DNA of 64,000 bases, taken from contig JAUCBJ010009009.1 in the NCBI GenBank assembly GCA_032718475.1, forward strand, positions 12,113 to 76,112, read 5' to 3'. The stretch comes from Nemertoderma westbladi (Eukaryota > Animalia > Xenacoelomorpha). Numbering within the stretch: position 1 is the stretch's first letter; each line of letters begins with the position of its first letter. The translations under genes were made by a program, and so were the position numbers. This document shows, piece after piece, positions 1 through 12,129 of this stretch. The notes below the pieces were generated by a model. It ran no database searches. It saw only the letters and a list, made by a program, of their open reading frames with translations, and had not been told where the DNA came from.

Positions 1-12
1 TTCCTCGCCAAC
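1..12 (-). CDS. SRRT: Probable start of SRRT/ARS2 exon 2 (VGEE..., runs off the window)
   Basis: Minus strand reads tttctgcaattccAG|GTT GGC GAG GAA: a pyrimidine-rich acceptor in phase 0, compatible with the phase-0 donor at 3621. Only 12 nt are visible. Confidence 0.5.
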
Positions 13-234
13 CTGGAATTGCAGAAATGTGAGAAAGTTGAAAACAACAAACAACTATAATATAAAATAATACGGCATCGGTATTTGTATTAGATTAATG
101 TAAATAGAAATTATCGATTCACATTAATTTATATATATAATATAACGAGAATGGTGATATTGAAAATAATAAGAAGTTTAAACACCGACTAAAATGATTG
201 CATTGCTACTGAGTACTGGCACGAGAAACATATT

Positions 235-2180
235 TTAATGTCGGTACTTACTGTTTGAATTGTCGGTACTACTGTCTGTATTTAAGTCGGCACTTACTGT
301 CTGAATTGTCGGTACTACTCCCTGTATTTAATGCCGGCACCTACTGTCTGTATTTAATGTTGACACTTACTGTCTGTATTTAATGTCGACACTTACTGTC
401 TGTATTTAAAGTCGGCACTTACTGTCTGAATTGTCGGCACTTACTGTCTGAATTGTCGGTACTGCTGCCTGTATTTAATGTCGGCACCTACTGTCTGTAT
501 TTAATGTCGACACTTACTGTCTGTATTTAATGTCGACACTTACTGATTGTATCTAATGACGGCACTTACTGTCTGAATTGTCGGTACTACTGTTTGTATT
601 TAATGTCGCCACTTACTTTCTGTATTTAAGGTCGGCACTTACTGTCTGAATTGTTGGTACTACTGTTTGTATTTAATGTCGGCACTTACTGTCTGTATTT
701 AAGATCGGCACTTACTGTCTGAATTGTCGGTAGTACTGTCTGTATTTAATGTCGGCACTTACTGTCTGAATTGTCGGTACTACTGTTTGTATTTAATGTC
801 GGCACTTACTGTCTGTATTTAATGAAGGCACTTACTGTCTGAATTGTCTGTACTACTGTCTGTATTTAATGCCGGTACTTACTGTCTGAATTTAATGTCG
901 ATACTTACTGTCTGCTTTTATTAATGTCGGTACTTACTGTCTGTATTTAATGTCGGCACTGACTGTCTGTATTTAATGTTGGCACTTACTGCCTGAATTG
1001 TCGGTACTACTGTTTGTATTTAATGTCGACACTTACTGTCTGTATTTAATGTCGGCACTTGCTGTCTGAATTGTCGGTACTACTGTCTGTATTTAATGTC
1101 CTGACTTACAGTCTGTATTTAAGGTCGGCACTTACTGTCTGTATTTATGTCGGCACTGACTGTCTGTATTTAATGTTGGCACTTACTGCCTGAATTGTCG
1201 GTACTACTGTTTGTATTTAATGTCGACACTTACTGTCTGTATTTAATGAAGGCACTTACTGTCTGAATTTAATGTCTACAATTACTGTCTGTATTTAAGG
1301 TCGGTACTTACTGTCTGTATTTAATGTCGGCACTTACTGTCTGTATTTAAGATCGGCACTTACTGTCTGAATTGTCGGTAGTACTGTCTGTATTTAATGT
1401 CGGTACTTACTGTCTGAATTGTCGGTACTACTGTTTGTATTTAATGTCGACACTTACTGTCTGTATTTAATGAAGGCACTTACTGTCTGAATTGTCTGTA
1501 CTACTGCCTGTATTTAATGAAGGCACTTACTGTCTGCATTTAATGTCTACAATTACTGTCTGCATTTAATGTCTACAATTACTGTCTGTATTTAAGGTCG
1601 GTACTTACTGTCTGTATTTAAGGTCGACACTTACTGCCTGTATTTAAGGTCGGCACTTACTGTCTGAATTGTCGGTACTACTGTTTGTATTTAATGTCGA
1701 CACTTACTGTCTGTATTTAATGAAGGCACTTACTGTCTGAATTGTCTGTACTACTGCCTGTATTTAATGAAGGCACTTACTGTCTGCATTTAATGTCTAC
1801 AATTACTGTCTGCATTTAATGTCGACAATTACTGTCTGTATTTAATGTCGGCACTTACTGTCTGTATTTAAGGTCGGCACTTACTGTCTGCATGTCGATG
1901 TCGGTACTACTGTCTGTATTTAATGTCGGCACTTACTGTCTGTAGTTAATGTCGGCACTACTGTCTGTCTGTATTTAATGTCGGCACTTACTTTCTGTAT
2001 TTAATGTCGGCACTCACTGTCTGTATTTAATGTCGGCACATACTGTCTGAATTGTCGGTACTACTGTCTGTATTTAATGTCCGCACATGCTGTCTGAATT
2101 GTCGGTACTACTGTCTGTATTTAAGGTGGCACTTACTGTCTGAATTGTCGGTACTACTGTCTGAATTTAATGTCGGCACT
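235..2180. repeat. Degenerate 22-26 bp minisatellite (ACTTACTGTCTGTATTTAATGTCGGC), roughly 75-80 units, in the SRRT intron
   Basis: Directly visible tandem units, with 22/25-bp variants (ACTTACTGTCTGAATTGTCGGT, ACTACTGTCTGTATTTAATGTCGGC). Confidence 0.95.
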
Positions 2181-3621
2181 TTCTTTATTTAATGATAATA
2201 ATGATAACTATTAATAATTAATGATAATTTAATGTAAATAATAATTTCTTATCTCTATAAAAAATAATTATTTATTACATGGGGAAAAAAGTAGAACTTT
2301 TTTTTCATTATTCTCGAGGCATTTTATTTACCGAGCGACACCGAGGTTAATAACGGGTCGAGAGAAAATTGAAAAAAAAATGTCTACGTTTTTTTCCGAT
2401 GTAATACAGCGATATACCGGTAGTGGTACAAAATAAATTGAACTGCAGTATTTTACTATATTACTTCCATAGTTACTGTTACTGCTATTGTAATTATTGT
2501 GCTCTCCAACTCTCGATGCTGCTTTACTCAATGTTAAATAATTTAGTGTTCTCGAATATTTATTACGTAACTAGAGAGCCGCTTAACAACATAAACCAAT
2601 ATTGGATATTGAGTTCCGTTTTGGAGTTCGCCTTGCAGACACTAAAGTTGCATTAACTTTTGAGTGTGCGAATGGGTTTGGTTAAATTACTCGCAAACCT
2701 TTTCTACCGCGATGCTCTTTCAATATATGTAATAAAATTTAAGTTTTACTTTACTATTTTACTTTACCCTTTTCCCTAGGGAAAAAAGGTGAAACAATAA
2801 AATTAAATATAATTAAAAAAATTAAATATAATTAATTTTTCCGTAATTTTGAATATTTTAAACGTTGAAATATAAAAAACAAGAAGGCAAAATTATATAA
2901 CGACTACATAGCGGCTGGTCTTTAATAAATTTTCCGGAAACAAATATATTTAGCAGTTTGTTAGTTATGTCTTTATATTTAGTTCTCCGGTATAACTGAG
3001 TGGAACACTACTACTCTCTTTATTTTACTTTCTACTTAATGTTCATTAATCGTATCGCTTTTATAATAGATGGCCATTTGGATGATCTTCAACCGATTTA
3101 GTATCGGCAACCTTTAATACCAAAATAATATCTCATACATTCTAAAACAAATGGAAACTTTTTAAAGAAAAAGAACTACAATTTTGTGCTAAAATTTTCA
3201 CAGGTGGCTTACATCCATGGTGCCACACTATCGGACCGAGATCTACATCCGAGACAGCCACGAGGTATTACTGATCCTTCGACACAAGAGATTTTACATA
3301 TTATGAAAAGCCTCAAAATGAATACCGGTGCCTGTACTATTTTGACAGGTTTACCAAGCTCTCCACTCCATTCTCAGTTTAGTAGCTTTATAAATAAAAA
3401 CAAGTTCGGGAACTCCCTTTCAGCTTTTAAAAGATATAATTCCTCTAGTTAGCAAAACTTAATTAATCCGTAGAGACCTACCCTACCGCTTCAACATCGC
3501 GGGGAAGACGTCTTAGGAAAGGAAGGGAATACAATTCAAATGAAACCAAATATAACAGAATAAGGAAATATACAGACATTCCCTTAAATAAGGTTGAAAT
3601 ATAATAATAAATACTTCACAC

Positions 3622-4458
3622 CTCCTTGTGGGTCTCCACCAAGGGAACGGAGCCGAAATCCAAGACCTTTAGATCGTGTTCCGTGCCGCCCTCCATAAGG
3701 ATAACAGCGGCGTCGAGGAATCTAGAAAGACGAACCTCGAACCGAAGTTCCACCCCCAGGTCCTGCAGATAACCCAACTTCATTAGCGTTCCGAATGCGT
3801 TGAACCTCCGCTGTATGGCGTCGGCTTTCTCCTCCTTCCGTTTGCTGTACTGCTCGGGGTGGTACTTCAGTCGGAACCAATCCTCGTCTTTGTGAGCTTT
3901 AAAGAACTCAGCTAGTTGGACCTTTCTGAACTCTTGTTTGTAGTCGTTGTATTTGTTAACAGCCTCGCTGTCTTCAATAGAATCATCTTGACTCGCGAGG
4001 AATTGTTTGAAAGACATCATAACTGGATGACAAGGGAATGCAGGATCCTCGTTGGGTCGTTCACGTCTGTCGCCTCCAGGATAGACGGGGAATCCTCCGG
4101 GAGTCGGAAGCATTCCGGGCTGGGCGCCCCACTCTGCTGGAGGGCCGGGACCCATCATCCCCGGGGCCCCGGGCCACGTGGGCATCGGGCCCCAGTTCCC
4201 TGGCGGCGCCCCCCCTGGGTAGGGTGCCAGCATCCCCTCCATGGGGCCCATCGGGATCTGGAGTCCCGGGTTCTCGTTGTATCGGAACCGTTTGTGGTCG
4301 CGGTTCGGTTCGTGGGTCCATCGATTCTCTCGGTTCGGGTTGCTCTCCGGTTCCGGGCCGCCCGCCGACGTTCGCTTTCGTTTTTCGCTTCCGATGTCGT
4401 CGCGTTCCCTCTTGAATTTGTCTCTTCGTCGCTTATCGCTGTCGTCATCGCTATCCAT
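3622..4458 (-). CDS. SRRT: Serrate RNA effector / ARS2, first coding exon
   Basis: N-terminus MDSDDDSDKRRRDKFKRERDD and the block PVMMSFKQFLASQDDSIEDSEAVNKYNDYKQEFRKVQLAEFFKAHKDEDWFRLKYHPE match the recalled ARS2 N-terminal motifs. Predicted donor GAG|GTGTGA at 3621. Confidence 0.93.
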
Positions 4459-4923
4459 TACGAACAGACGAACGCCAAACGGTAATCCAGTACCGGCAAT
4501 CTCTGAATCTACCGGTAATCAGGTAATTAACAGATTAAAGTCGGCCTAGACTGCTAGACCTAACTCCAAACTCAGAAACTCTGTAACCTCAACCTGCCTA
4601 ACACCAACACTGTACAGCTGTAGGCCTAACACATAACAGCCTAATACGTAATACTGTAATACTGCTGTACTGTACTGTAATACCGGTTTGCCGGTACCGG
4701 CCACCGGCTGTCCGGCAGACCGGTCTGCCGTTAGGTGGTAGGGGTACCGTAGCTCTGAGTTCAGTTGATGGTTGAATGCTTGAATCTGTCAGTCGACAGT
4801 CGGTACAGTCTGACAGTGGCTGAGTGGCCTACAGCTGTACAGACAGTCAAGTCAGTACTGCAGTACTGCAGTATGCTGACAGTTCTCATGCATCAGGCAG
4901 TGAGGTACCGGTCTGCCGGTAAA

Positions 4924-5136
4924 CAGGGTAAATCTTTTCGACCTACGCGTAGCTACGCGTAGTTTGTAACTTCCATTCCTGTCATTTACCGGTAGGGCCA
5001 GACTTACTGCCTTTTTAACAACTACGCCTAGGTATTTTAAAACTACGCGTAGTTTTAGGAACTACGCGTAGGTATTTTGAAACTACGCGTAGGTGCTATG
5101 CGTAGCTACGCGTAGGTGCTACGCGTAGCAGTCCTG
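4924..5136. repeat. Small element with reiterated palindromic CTACGCGTAG motifs (MITE-like)
   Basis: Several exact and degenerate TACGCGTA copies between CAGG...CCTG ends; no target-site duplication seen. Confidence 0.45.
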
Positions 5137-5247
5137 ATAACAATGATTTTTCATTTCAGGTCCGGTAGGTGCTTGTGCAGGCCTATAATAATTAGGTTTT
5201 AACATAAAGTTGGCTTACCGGTCTGCCGGTATATCATTAAGATTAAG

Positions 5248-5335
5248 TAATAATAATAATAATAATAATAAATATATTTGTAAAGCGCCAAAATTACAAT
5301 TGTGGCGTACTCTAAGGCGCTGAGATTTGCAAGAG
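5248..5335 (-). mobile_element. 3' tail of an L2-like LINE/SINE
   Basis: (TAA)n tract next to the AAAGCGCC...TAAGGCGCT stem; same architecture as the L2-like tail at about 9290-9352. Confidence 0.45.
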
Positions 5336-5387
5336 CTCGTCAAGTCATACCGGTACTTTATTAAATACATTGTTACCGTACTTGCTG

Positions 5388-5490
5388 GAGACAGGGGGGG
5401 GGGGGGGGAACTGAACGCAAAACCCGCCTTTGCGAATTAATATCCCGCCTCTATGTTAAATTCTCAATTTAGGGAAATTGCAGGTTACAG
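5388..5490 (+). repeat. Dispersed repeat, second copy at about 36061-36148
   Basis: Shared G-run followed by AACTGAACGC...GCGAATTAATATCCCGCCTC(T/A)ATGTTAAATTCTCAATTTAGGGAAA...GCAGGTTACAG. Confidence 0.75.
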
Positions 5491-6219
5491 TTTGCTGTTC
5501 TGAGTCTGACTGTACCTGATTTTATGTTTTACTAATTGCTAATACTGTAATATCAGAATCAGAATGTAACAATGATAATATCAGCTCCGGTATTATTAGG
5601 CCTATGGTCAATGATGGTCTGATGGTGAAATGATAGGCCTATAGCTGTATAAGCAGATAAGAGAGACATTTGACTGTGTATAGAACGGTAAATGAAAAAT
5701 AAAAGCGAACGAAATTTGTTTGTGTATTTTCTGATTTTTGTATATAAGCCTCTGTCTGTCTGTAACACGCCCAACACGATGCACGAACACGCCTCTGTCT
5801 GTAAGTAACCTGCTCCTTTACTCCCTTAAATGTAAATGGCTTTGTCAATCGGGCAAAGGCTAGGCCTAACTGCCTAAAGTACAGAAGTAGCCTTTTCCAG
5901 CGTATTTCTGTATTTGGTCCGTGGACCAAATACCAGTAATGTGAGTTAGTGTTAGTCTTAGTAGGTAAGCAGACCGGAAAGTCTAAATGATGAAATTGAC
6001 GCGGCACGGGCAGCCGATAGGCCAGGCCGGGAAAGCCTATTCCATAGACTGATAGAACAAGCTCAGACCATGCAACTGGTAACTTAGCTATGCCGCTATG
6101 ACAGTATGATCAGATGATTGTTAATTTAAACTATAAATAGGGCATAATCATTATCCACCCGGCTCCCGCCTATCCTAGTATCAGCTTCTCTCGCCCAGCT
6201 CATCGCTCGCAATCCGACA

Positions 6220-7049
6220 ATGACGGCGGTTGAACTATACTGCGTGGGCGCCCGAGTGTGGGTTCGTGACCCCGAACTAGTTTGGACCCCAGCCAGCGTA
6301 ACCTCCCCTTACGCCACCGAATCCCGCTCCCTGCAATTAACCTCAGACATTTCTGGGCAACCCGTAACCCTAACCATAAACCCAAAGGATCCAGAACTAC
6401 CGCCGTTACGTAACCCAGAGATTCTTCTTGGAGAGAACGACCTAACGGCTCTGAGTTATTTACACGAACCGGCTGTTCTACACAACTTACATGTCAGATT
6501 CATAAACATGAACGCTATTTATACTTATTGCGGAATTGTATTAGTCGCTATAAACCCTTACCAAAGTCTTCCTCTCTACTCCGCAGACATAATCCAGGCG
6601 TATTCTGGTCGCAATATCGGCGAAATGGATCCGCATATATTCGCGGTAGCCGAGGAATCCTATCGGAAGATGGTCCGAGGCGAAGGGAACCAATCGGTTA
6701 TCGTTTCCGGCGAATCCGGGGCTGGTAAAACCGTCTCCGCTAAATACGTCATGAGGTATTTTGCCTCGGTCGGCGGGGGTTCGTCGCAAACCCAGATAGA
6801 ATCGCGAGTTCTAGCATCCAACCCGATAATGGAATCCATCGGGAACGCTAAGACAATCCGTAATGATAATAGTTCCCGTTTCGGTAAATATCTTGAGATT
6901 GGATTCAATAAGGGCAATACAATCATTGGGGCGAGTATGCGGACCTATTTGTTGGAGAAATCGCGCGTGGTTTACCAGGCCCAAGGAGAGCGAAACTACC
7001 ATATATTCTACCAGTTGTGCTCCTCTCATGGGATACCAGAATATTCGGG
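6220..7049 (+). CDS. MYO5: Class V unconventional myosin, exon 1 (N-terminal SH3-like region and start of motor domain)
   Basis: Motifs [56 protein letters not shown]-loop GESGAGKT, switch-1 NDNSSRFGK and [11 protein letters not shown]. Phase-2 donor GG|GTAGGT at 7050. Confidence 0.95.
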
Positions 7050-7759
7050 GTAGGTTGTTTATTTAATAATAGGCCTACTTATTTAGTTTTAATATTTAAT
7101 GGTAATGAATATTTTATTTGTAATGTATTTCTATTTATTACATTAAAACTATTTCATATTTATTACATGGAGAATAAGTGGTGCTTTATTTCCCGGTGAC
7201 CCAGGCACTTCGTCATGCGAGTGTCTGTTTCAATAGTTATACCTCACGCAACACGGTGTGGCGGTGGCGGTACCATTGAGGGATATAAATTTATTTGTCG
7301 TTCAAGTAATACGTTATTAGTATTGGCTTTCAAATTTTTTTTCGTAATTTTTTTCTATTTCATCTAGCGGTAGAGTAGCTTTTTATCAACATTCTAAATT
7401 TGAATACCGTTCAGCAAGATCTGCCCTACTCCTCGAGATACAGTAAGTCTGTCTGTCCGTCATTTTGATGTTTTGTCTCATAATCAAAAGAAAGCGTACC
7501 GGTACTCTAGTTGGCTAAAAAATTCCTATGTGGGTTTTCTTTGTCGGTGACTTCATTTCTCATGACAGAATTTGGCTCGTCTTTTCTGTCTGTATGCTTA
7601 TCAGTCTGTCCCTCGAATTACAACTAACTGACTGACAGCCAAACAGACAATTTGGAAGTCATCAAATGTTAAAACTGACACTCGAAATGAAATCAGCGAC
7701 CAGGAAAACCCCAATAATAAAAATCTGACAAAAATCTCGGTTTTGTGCTTTCATGTTGC

Positions 7760-8762
7760 TACTACTAGGATCGGCATGCTGCATTTTTAAGAATGCTGTG
7801 CCGGCTTGTCGATAAAATTGCGCCGCCACAACTCCCTATCACCCATGACATTTGCTAGCTCACCCGCATCTTCAAGGCCAGTGTCTTTTAAGATGCGTCT
7901 CAAGAAAGTCATGGGCTGTCCACCATGCTTATTCACTCCATGAGGCTGCCAAAGTACAAGATTATGCACTGGCTGGTCCTCACGGCGAAAGCAATGTCCT
8001 GCAAAGCGGAGGCGACTTTGTTCTAGTGTCAAGCTTGTGGGAACCAATGAGACACCTCCAATGTTATATAGTGTTTGGTTGGAGATGTGTGCATTGTACT
8101 TGACACAATAAACCCGGCGTAGAAATTATTGTCAATGTGTCATCCAAAGATTTGGTGTCCTCAGCAGTTAGAGCCCAGCATGGACTCCCATAGAGGAGTA
8201 CTGGAACTACTGCTGCTCTAAATAATCGGACCTTAAGTTTCCGATTAATTATCTGTGACTTCCAAATCCTGGAAAGCCTATTCAACGCTGCCCATGCCTT
8301 TCCCTTACGTATTCGAAGGTCCTCACCTGACTTCCGGATCCATGATCCCAGGTAACAGAAGTCGTCCACATGCTCAAGCATACCATCCTTTGAGCTTATG
8401 CTTATCCGATCAGAGATTTGCTGAGGACTTTCAAAGTTAACTGTCAAAATTTTGGTCTTTTTGGAGTTAATAAAAAGACCAACACTAGAAGCAGCCTGTT
8501 CTAATGAGCTGAGGAGCCGTTGGGCTCCCTCTAGTGATTCTGAGAGTACTCCTAAGTCATCAGCAAAGTCTAGATCAGTTAGGTACTTGGCAGGATTTCC
8601 TCGACTTCTGGAGCCAGTAGGTGGAGTTATCATCACCCCATCATCATTATGATGATTTAAGGACATGCGTAGAACATAGTCAACCACAATTATGAACAAT
8701 AATGGCGCAAGTGTGTCTCATTCTAGGACTCCCCATAATACTTAAAATGGTTCTGTGTCACC
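7760..8762 (-). mobile_element. 5'-truncated, frameshifted RTE-like non-LTR retrotransposon (RT C-terminal half)
   Basis: DTLAPLLFIIVVDY, LTDLDFADDL, VDDFCYLGSWI, VLLYGSPCWALT and RLRFAGHCFRR spread over ORFs 8064-8699 and 7787-8047; short (TAG)n-like tail. Confidence 0.85.
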
Positions 8763-8852
8763 ATCAATAGTAGACACAAATGTTGTCGAACCATCGTATA
8801 CGGATCTGATTGCTGCAATAATTTCCTAATTTCATCATTTTTCGTGTTGTTT

Positions 8853-11169
8853 CGTTAGGTTCCATACATTCCATTAACGTTCCATTGGGTTCCCTAAATT
8901 CCATTAACTCTCTGTTATGTTCTATACATTCCATTAACGTTCTATTAGGTTCCATACATTCCATTAACGTTCCATTCGGTTCCATACATTCCATTAACGT
9001 TCCGTTAGGTTCCATACATTCCATTAAACGTTCTATTAGGTTCCATACATTCCATTAACGTTCCATTAGCTTCCATACATTCCATTTGGACACTAACAAT
9101 ACCCCAACACAACCTAAAGAAATATGGTGCCCGATCGTTCGTATACGCGGCACCAGTTATTTTTAATAGCCTACCATTGGAACGAAGAACTTGCACTGAC
9201 CTTAAGAAGTTCAAATCTGATCTGAAAACCGAACTATTCACCCGTCATTACCAATAACTACTTAGGAATTTGTATAGCTGTGCATACTTTCAAAGCGCCT
9301 TTGAACCTTCTTGGTAAAGGCGCTATGTTTTATTATTATTATTATTATTATTAACGTTCCATTAGGTTCCATACATTCCATTAGGTTCCATACATTCCAT
9401 TAACGTTCCATTAGGTACCATACATTCCAATAACGTTCCATAAGGTTCTATACATTCCATTAATGTTCTATTAGGTTACATACATTCCATTAACGTTCCA
9501 TTGGGTTCCATAAATTCCATTAATGTTCTATTAGGTTACATACATTCCATTAACGTTCCATTGGGTTCCATAAATTCCATTAACTCTCAGTTATGTTCCA
9601 TACATTCCATTAACGTTCTATTAGGTTCCATACATTCCATTAACGTTCCGTTAGGTCCATACATTCCATTAACGTTTCATTATGGTCCATATATTCCATT
9701 AACGTTCCATTAGGTTCCATACATTCCATTAACGTTCCATTAGGTTCCATACATTCAATTAACGTTCCATTAGGTTCCATACATTCAATTAACGTTTCAT
9801 TAGGTTCCATACATTCCATTAATGATCTATTAGGTTCCATACATTCCATTAACGTTCCATTGGGTTCCATAAATTCCATTAACTCTCAGTTATGTTCCAT
9901 ACATTTCATTAACGTTCTATTAGGTTCCGTACATTCCATTAACGTTCCATTAGGTCTCATACATTCCATTAACGTTCCATTAGGGTCCATACATTCCATT
10001 AACGTTCCATTAGGTTCCATACATTCCATTAACGTTCAATTAGTTTCCATACATTCCATTAACGTTCCATTGGGTTCCATACATTCCATTAACGTTCCAT
10101 TAGGTTCCATACATTCCATTAACGTTCCATTAGTGTCCATACATTCCATTAACGTTCCATTAGGCTCCATACATTCAATTAACGGTCCATTAGGTTCCAT
10201 ACATTCCATTAACATTCTATTAGGTTCCATACATTCTATGAACTCTCAGTTATGTTCCATACATTCCATTAACGTTCTATTAGGTTCCATACATTCTATT
10301 AACGTTCTATTAGGTTCCATACATTCCATTAACGTTCCATTAGATTCCATACATTCCATTAGGTTCCATACATTCCATGAACTCTCAGTTATGTTCCATA
10401 CATTCCATTAACGTTCTATTAGGTTCCATACATTCCATTAGGTTCCATACATTCCATTATCGTTCCATTAGGTTCCATACATTCCATTAACGTTTATTAG
10501 GGTCCATACATTAATTACATTCCATTAACCTTCTATTAGGTTCCATACATTCCATTAAAGTTCCATTAGGTTCCATACAGTCCATTAACGTTCCATTAGG
10601 TTCCATACATTCCATTAACGTTCCATTAGGTTCCATTCATTCCATTAACGTTCCATTAGATTCCATACATTCTATTAACGTTCTATTAGGTTCCATACAT
10701 TCCATTAACGTTCCATTAGGTTCCATACATTCCATTAACGTTCCATTAGATTCCATACATTCTATTAACGTTCTATTAGGTTCCATACATTCCATTTACT
10801 CTCAGTTATTTTCCATACATTCCATTAACGTTCTATTAGGTTCCATACATTCCATTAACCTTCCATTAGGTTCCATACATTCCATTAACGTTCCATTAGG
10901 TTTCATACATTCCATTAACGTTCCATTAGGTTCCATACATTCCATTAACGTTCCATTAGATTCCATACATTATATTAACGTTCTATTAGGTTCCATACAT
11001 TCCATTAACGTTACATTAGGTTCCATACATTCCATTAACGTTCCATTAGATTCCATACACTATATTAACGTTCTATTAGGTTCCATACATTCAATTTACT
11101 CTCAGTTATGTTCCATACATTCCATTAACGTTCCATTAGGTTTCATACATTCCATTAACGTACCATTAG
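8853..11169 (+). repeat. 30-bp minisatellite (GTTCCATACATTCCATTAACGTTCCATTAG), roughly 65-70 units, ending exactly at the myosin exon 2 acceptor
   Basis: Directly visible. The last unit ...TAACGTACCATTAG abuts exon 2. Interrupted by an L2-like fragment. Confidence 0.95.
9088..9352 (+). mobile_element. 3' fragment of an L2/CR1-group LINE inserted in the 30-bp array
   Basis: Translates TLTIPQHNLKKYGARSFVYAAPVIFNSLPLERRTCTDLKKFKSDLKTELF (typical L2/CR1-group ORF2 C-terminus), then an AAGCGCC...AGGCGCT stem and an (ATT)n tail. Confidence 0.8.
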
Positions 11170-11500
11170 GTTGCAGTTGGGCCCTTCTGAGGCGTTCTAC
11201 TACGTTAACCAAGGCGGCGACCCTGGGGTAGACGGTGTAGATGACCAAGAAGAGTTGGAGAACACCAGGGAGGCTATGACCATGATGGGAATAAACGACT
11301 CGGAACAACTCAAGGTGTTCCGCGTTCTATCTTCCATTCTACATCTCGGGAACATCGCCTTCGAGGATCTCGAGAACGACTCCTCTAGGGTCGTCGATGA
11401 CGACTTGGCCACCCTCGATATCGTATGCGAACTCCTCGGTATCGATAACGAGCAGCTCCAAGTCTGGATGTGCAATAGGAAGATTCACACAGCTAATGAG
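11170..11500 (+). CDS. MYO5: Class V myosin, exon 2 (motor domain)
   Basis: Acceptor CATTAG|G restores the frame (YS-G-LQLGPSEAFYYVNQGG); motifs ILHLGNI and WMCNRKI; phase-0 donor GAG|GTTAGC at 11501. Confidence 0.92.
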
Positions 11501-11754
11501 GTTAGCAGTTTCTTTGATTCAATAACCCCTTATAATATATTCCCTTCATTATTAATATTTAAACCGCATGAATTTATCTACGTTCAAATAGAATCAAACG
11601 GGAAGGAATCATCAGCAAGTTAATTTAAATTGATGTTGCGGAATATTTTTTCAATATGTATTGAAATTTATTAAATTTAACTATAATTGATATGTAACAA
11701 AAATGTTTACAAAAAATACTGAAATATAATATATTTTAAAAGAGATTTTATTTA

Positions 11755-11973
11755 TTATTTAAAACAGAACCTATTGTTCTTGAGTCTGACCGCATCTCGC
11801 AAATGTTTAGTTCCCTTTTTGGTTCGCATATCCGTCCTGTCGATATTCTCCTGAATAGATTCCACAACTTCTCCGTGACTCACGATAATCTTGTTAACGT
11901 CGCGGACCATATCGGATAGTAACTTAATCGATGTCTCTATTTGGTGTAACTGGGAATGTTCTTTCTTTTTTTG
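11755..11973 (-). CDS. Syntaxin-like paralog B, last exon (SNARE motif, no transmembrane segment)
   Basis: Not in the ORF track. Acceptor ttacgcAG| then QKKKEHSQLHQIETSIKLLSDMVRDVNKIIVSHGEVVESIQENIDRTDMRTKKGTKHLRDAVRLKNNRFCFK*. Collinear with the exon at 42371-42658; AATAAA overlaps the stop. Confidence 0.8.
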   Translation of the reverse strand, partial: QKKKEHSQLHQIETSIKLLSDMVRDVNKIIVSHGEVVESIQENIDRTDMRTKKGTKHLRDAVRLKNNRFCFK

Positions 11974-12129
11974 CTGCGTAATTTATAGATTTATTGTAAT
12001 TATTTATTTATTAATAATAATCATAAAGAATATTCTAACAACAAATAAAAAGTATATAGGCATCTACACTGCCGGTGTTTGGCAATACACTGAAATTTTG
12101 AGGAATTAACGGACAATGGTTGGCACGTG

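Larger units (their letters stand above)
4459..6219. promoter_or_regulatory. Divergent (head-to-head) region between the SRRT and myosin V start codons; probable bidirectional promoter
   Basis: The two ATGs point away from each other 1.76 kb apart. No transcription start site can be placed from sequence alone. Confidence 0.5.

Noticed and set aside
3186-3452. Possible small exon or ORF in the SRRT intron
   Set aside because: Splice-like sites exist on both strands, but no translation resembles ARS2 or any family I recognise.
3916-4549. Overlapping and antisense ORFs on SRRT exon 1 (likewise those over the myosin exons)
   Set aside because: Shadow ORFs of GC-rich coding sequence.
8764-11308. 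MECMEPNGTL and GSIHSINVPL repeat ORFs
   Set aside because: Translations of the 30-bp intronic minisatellite.
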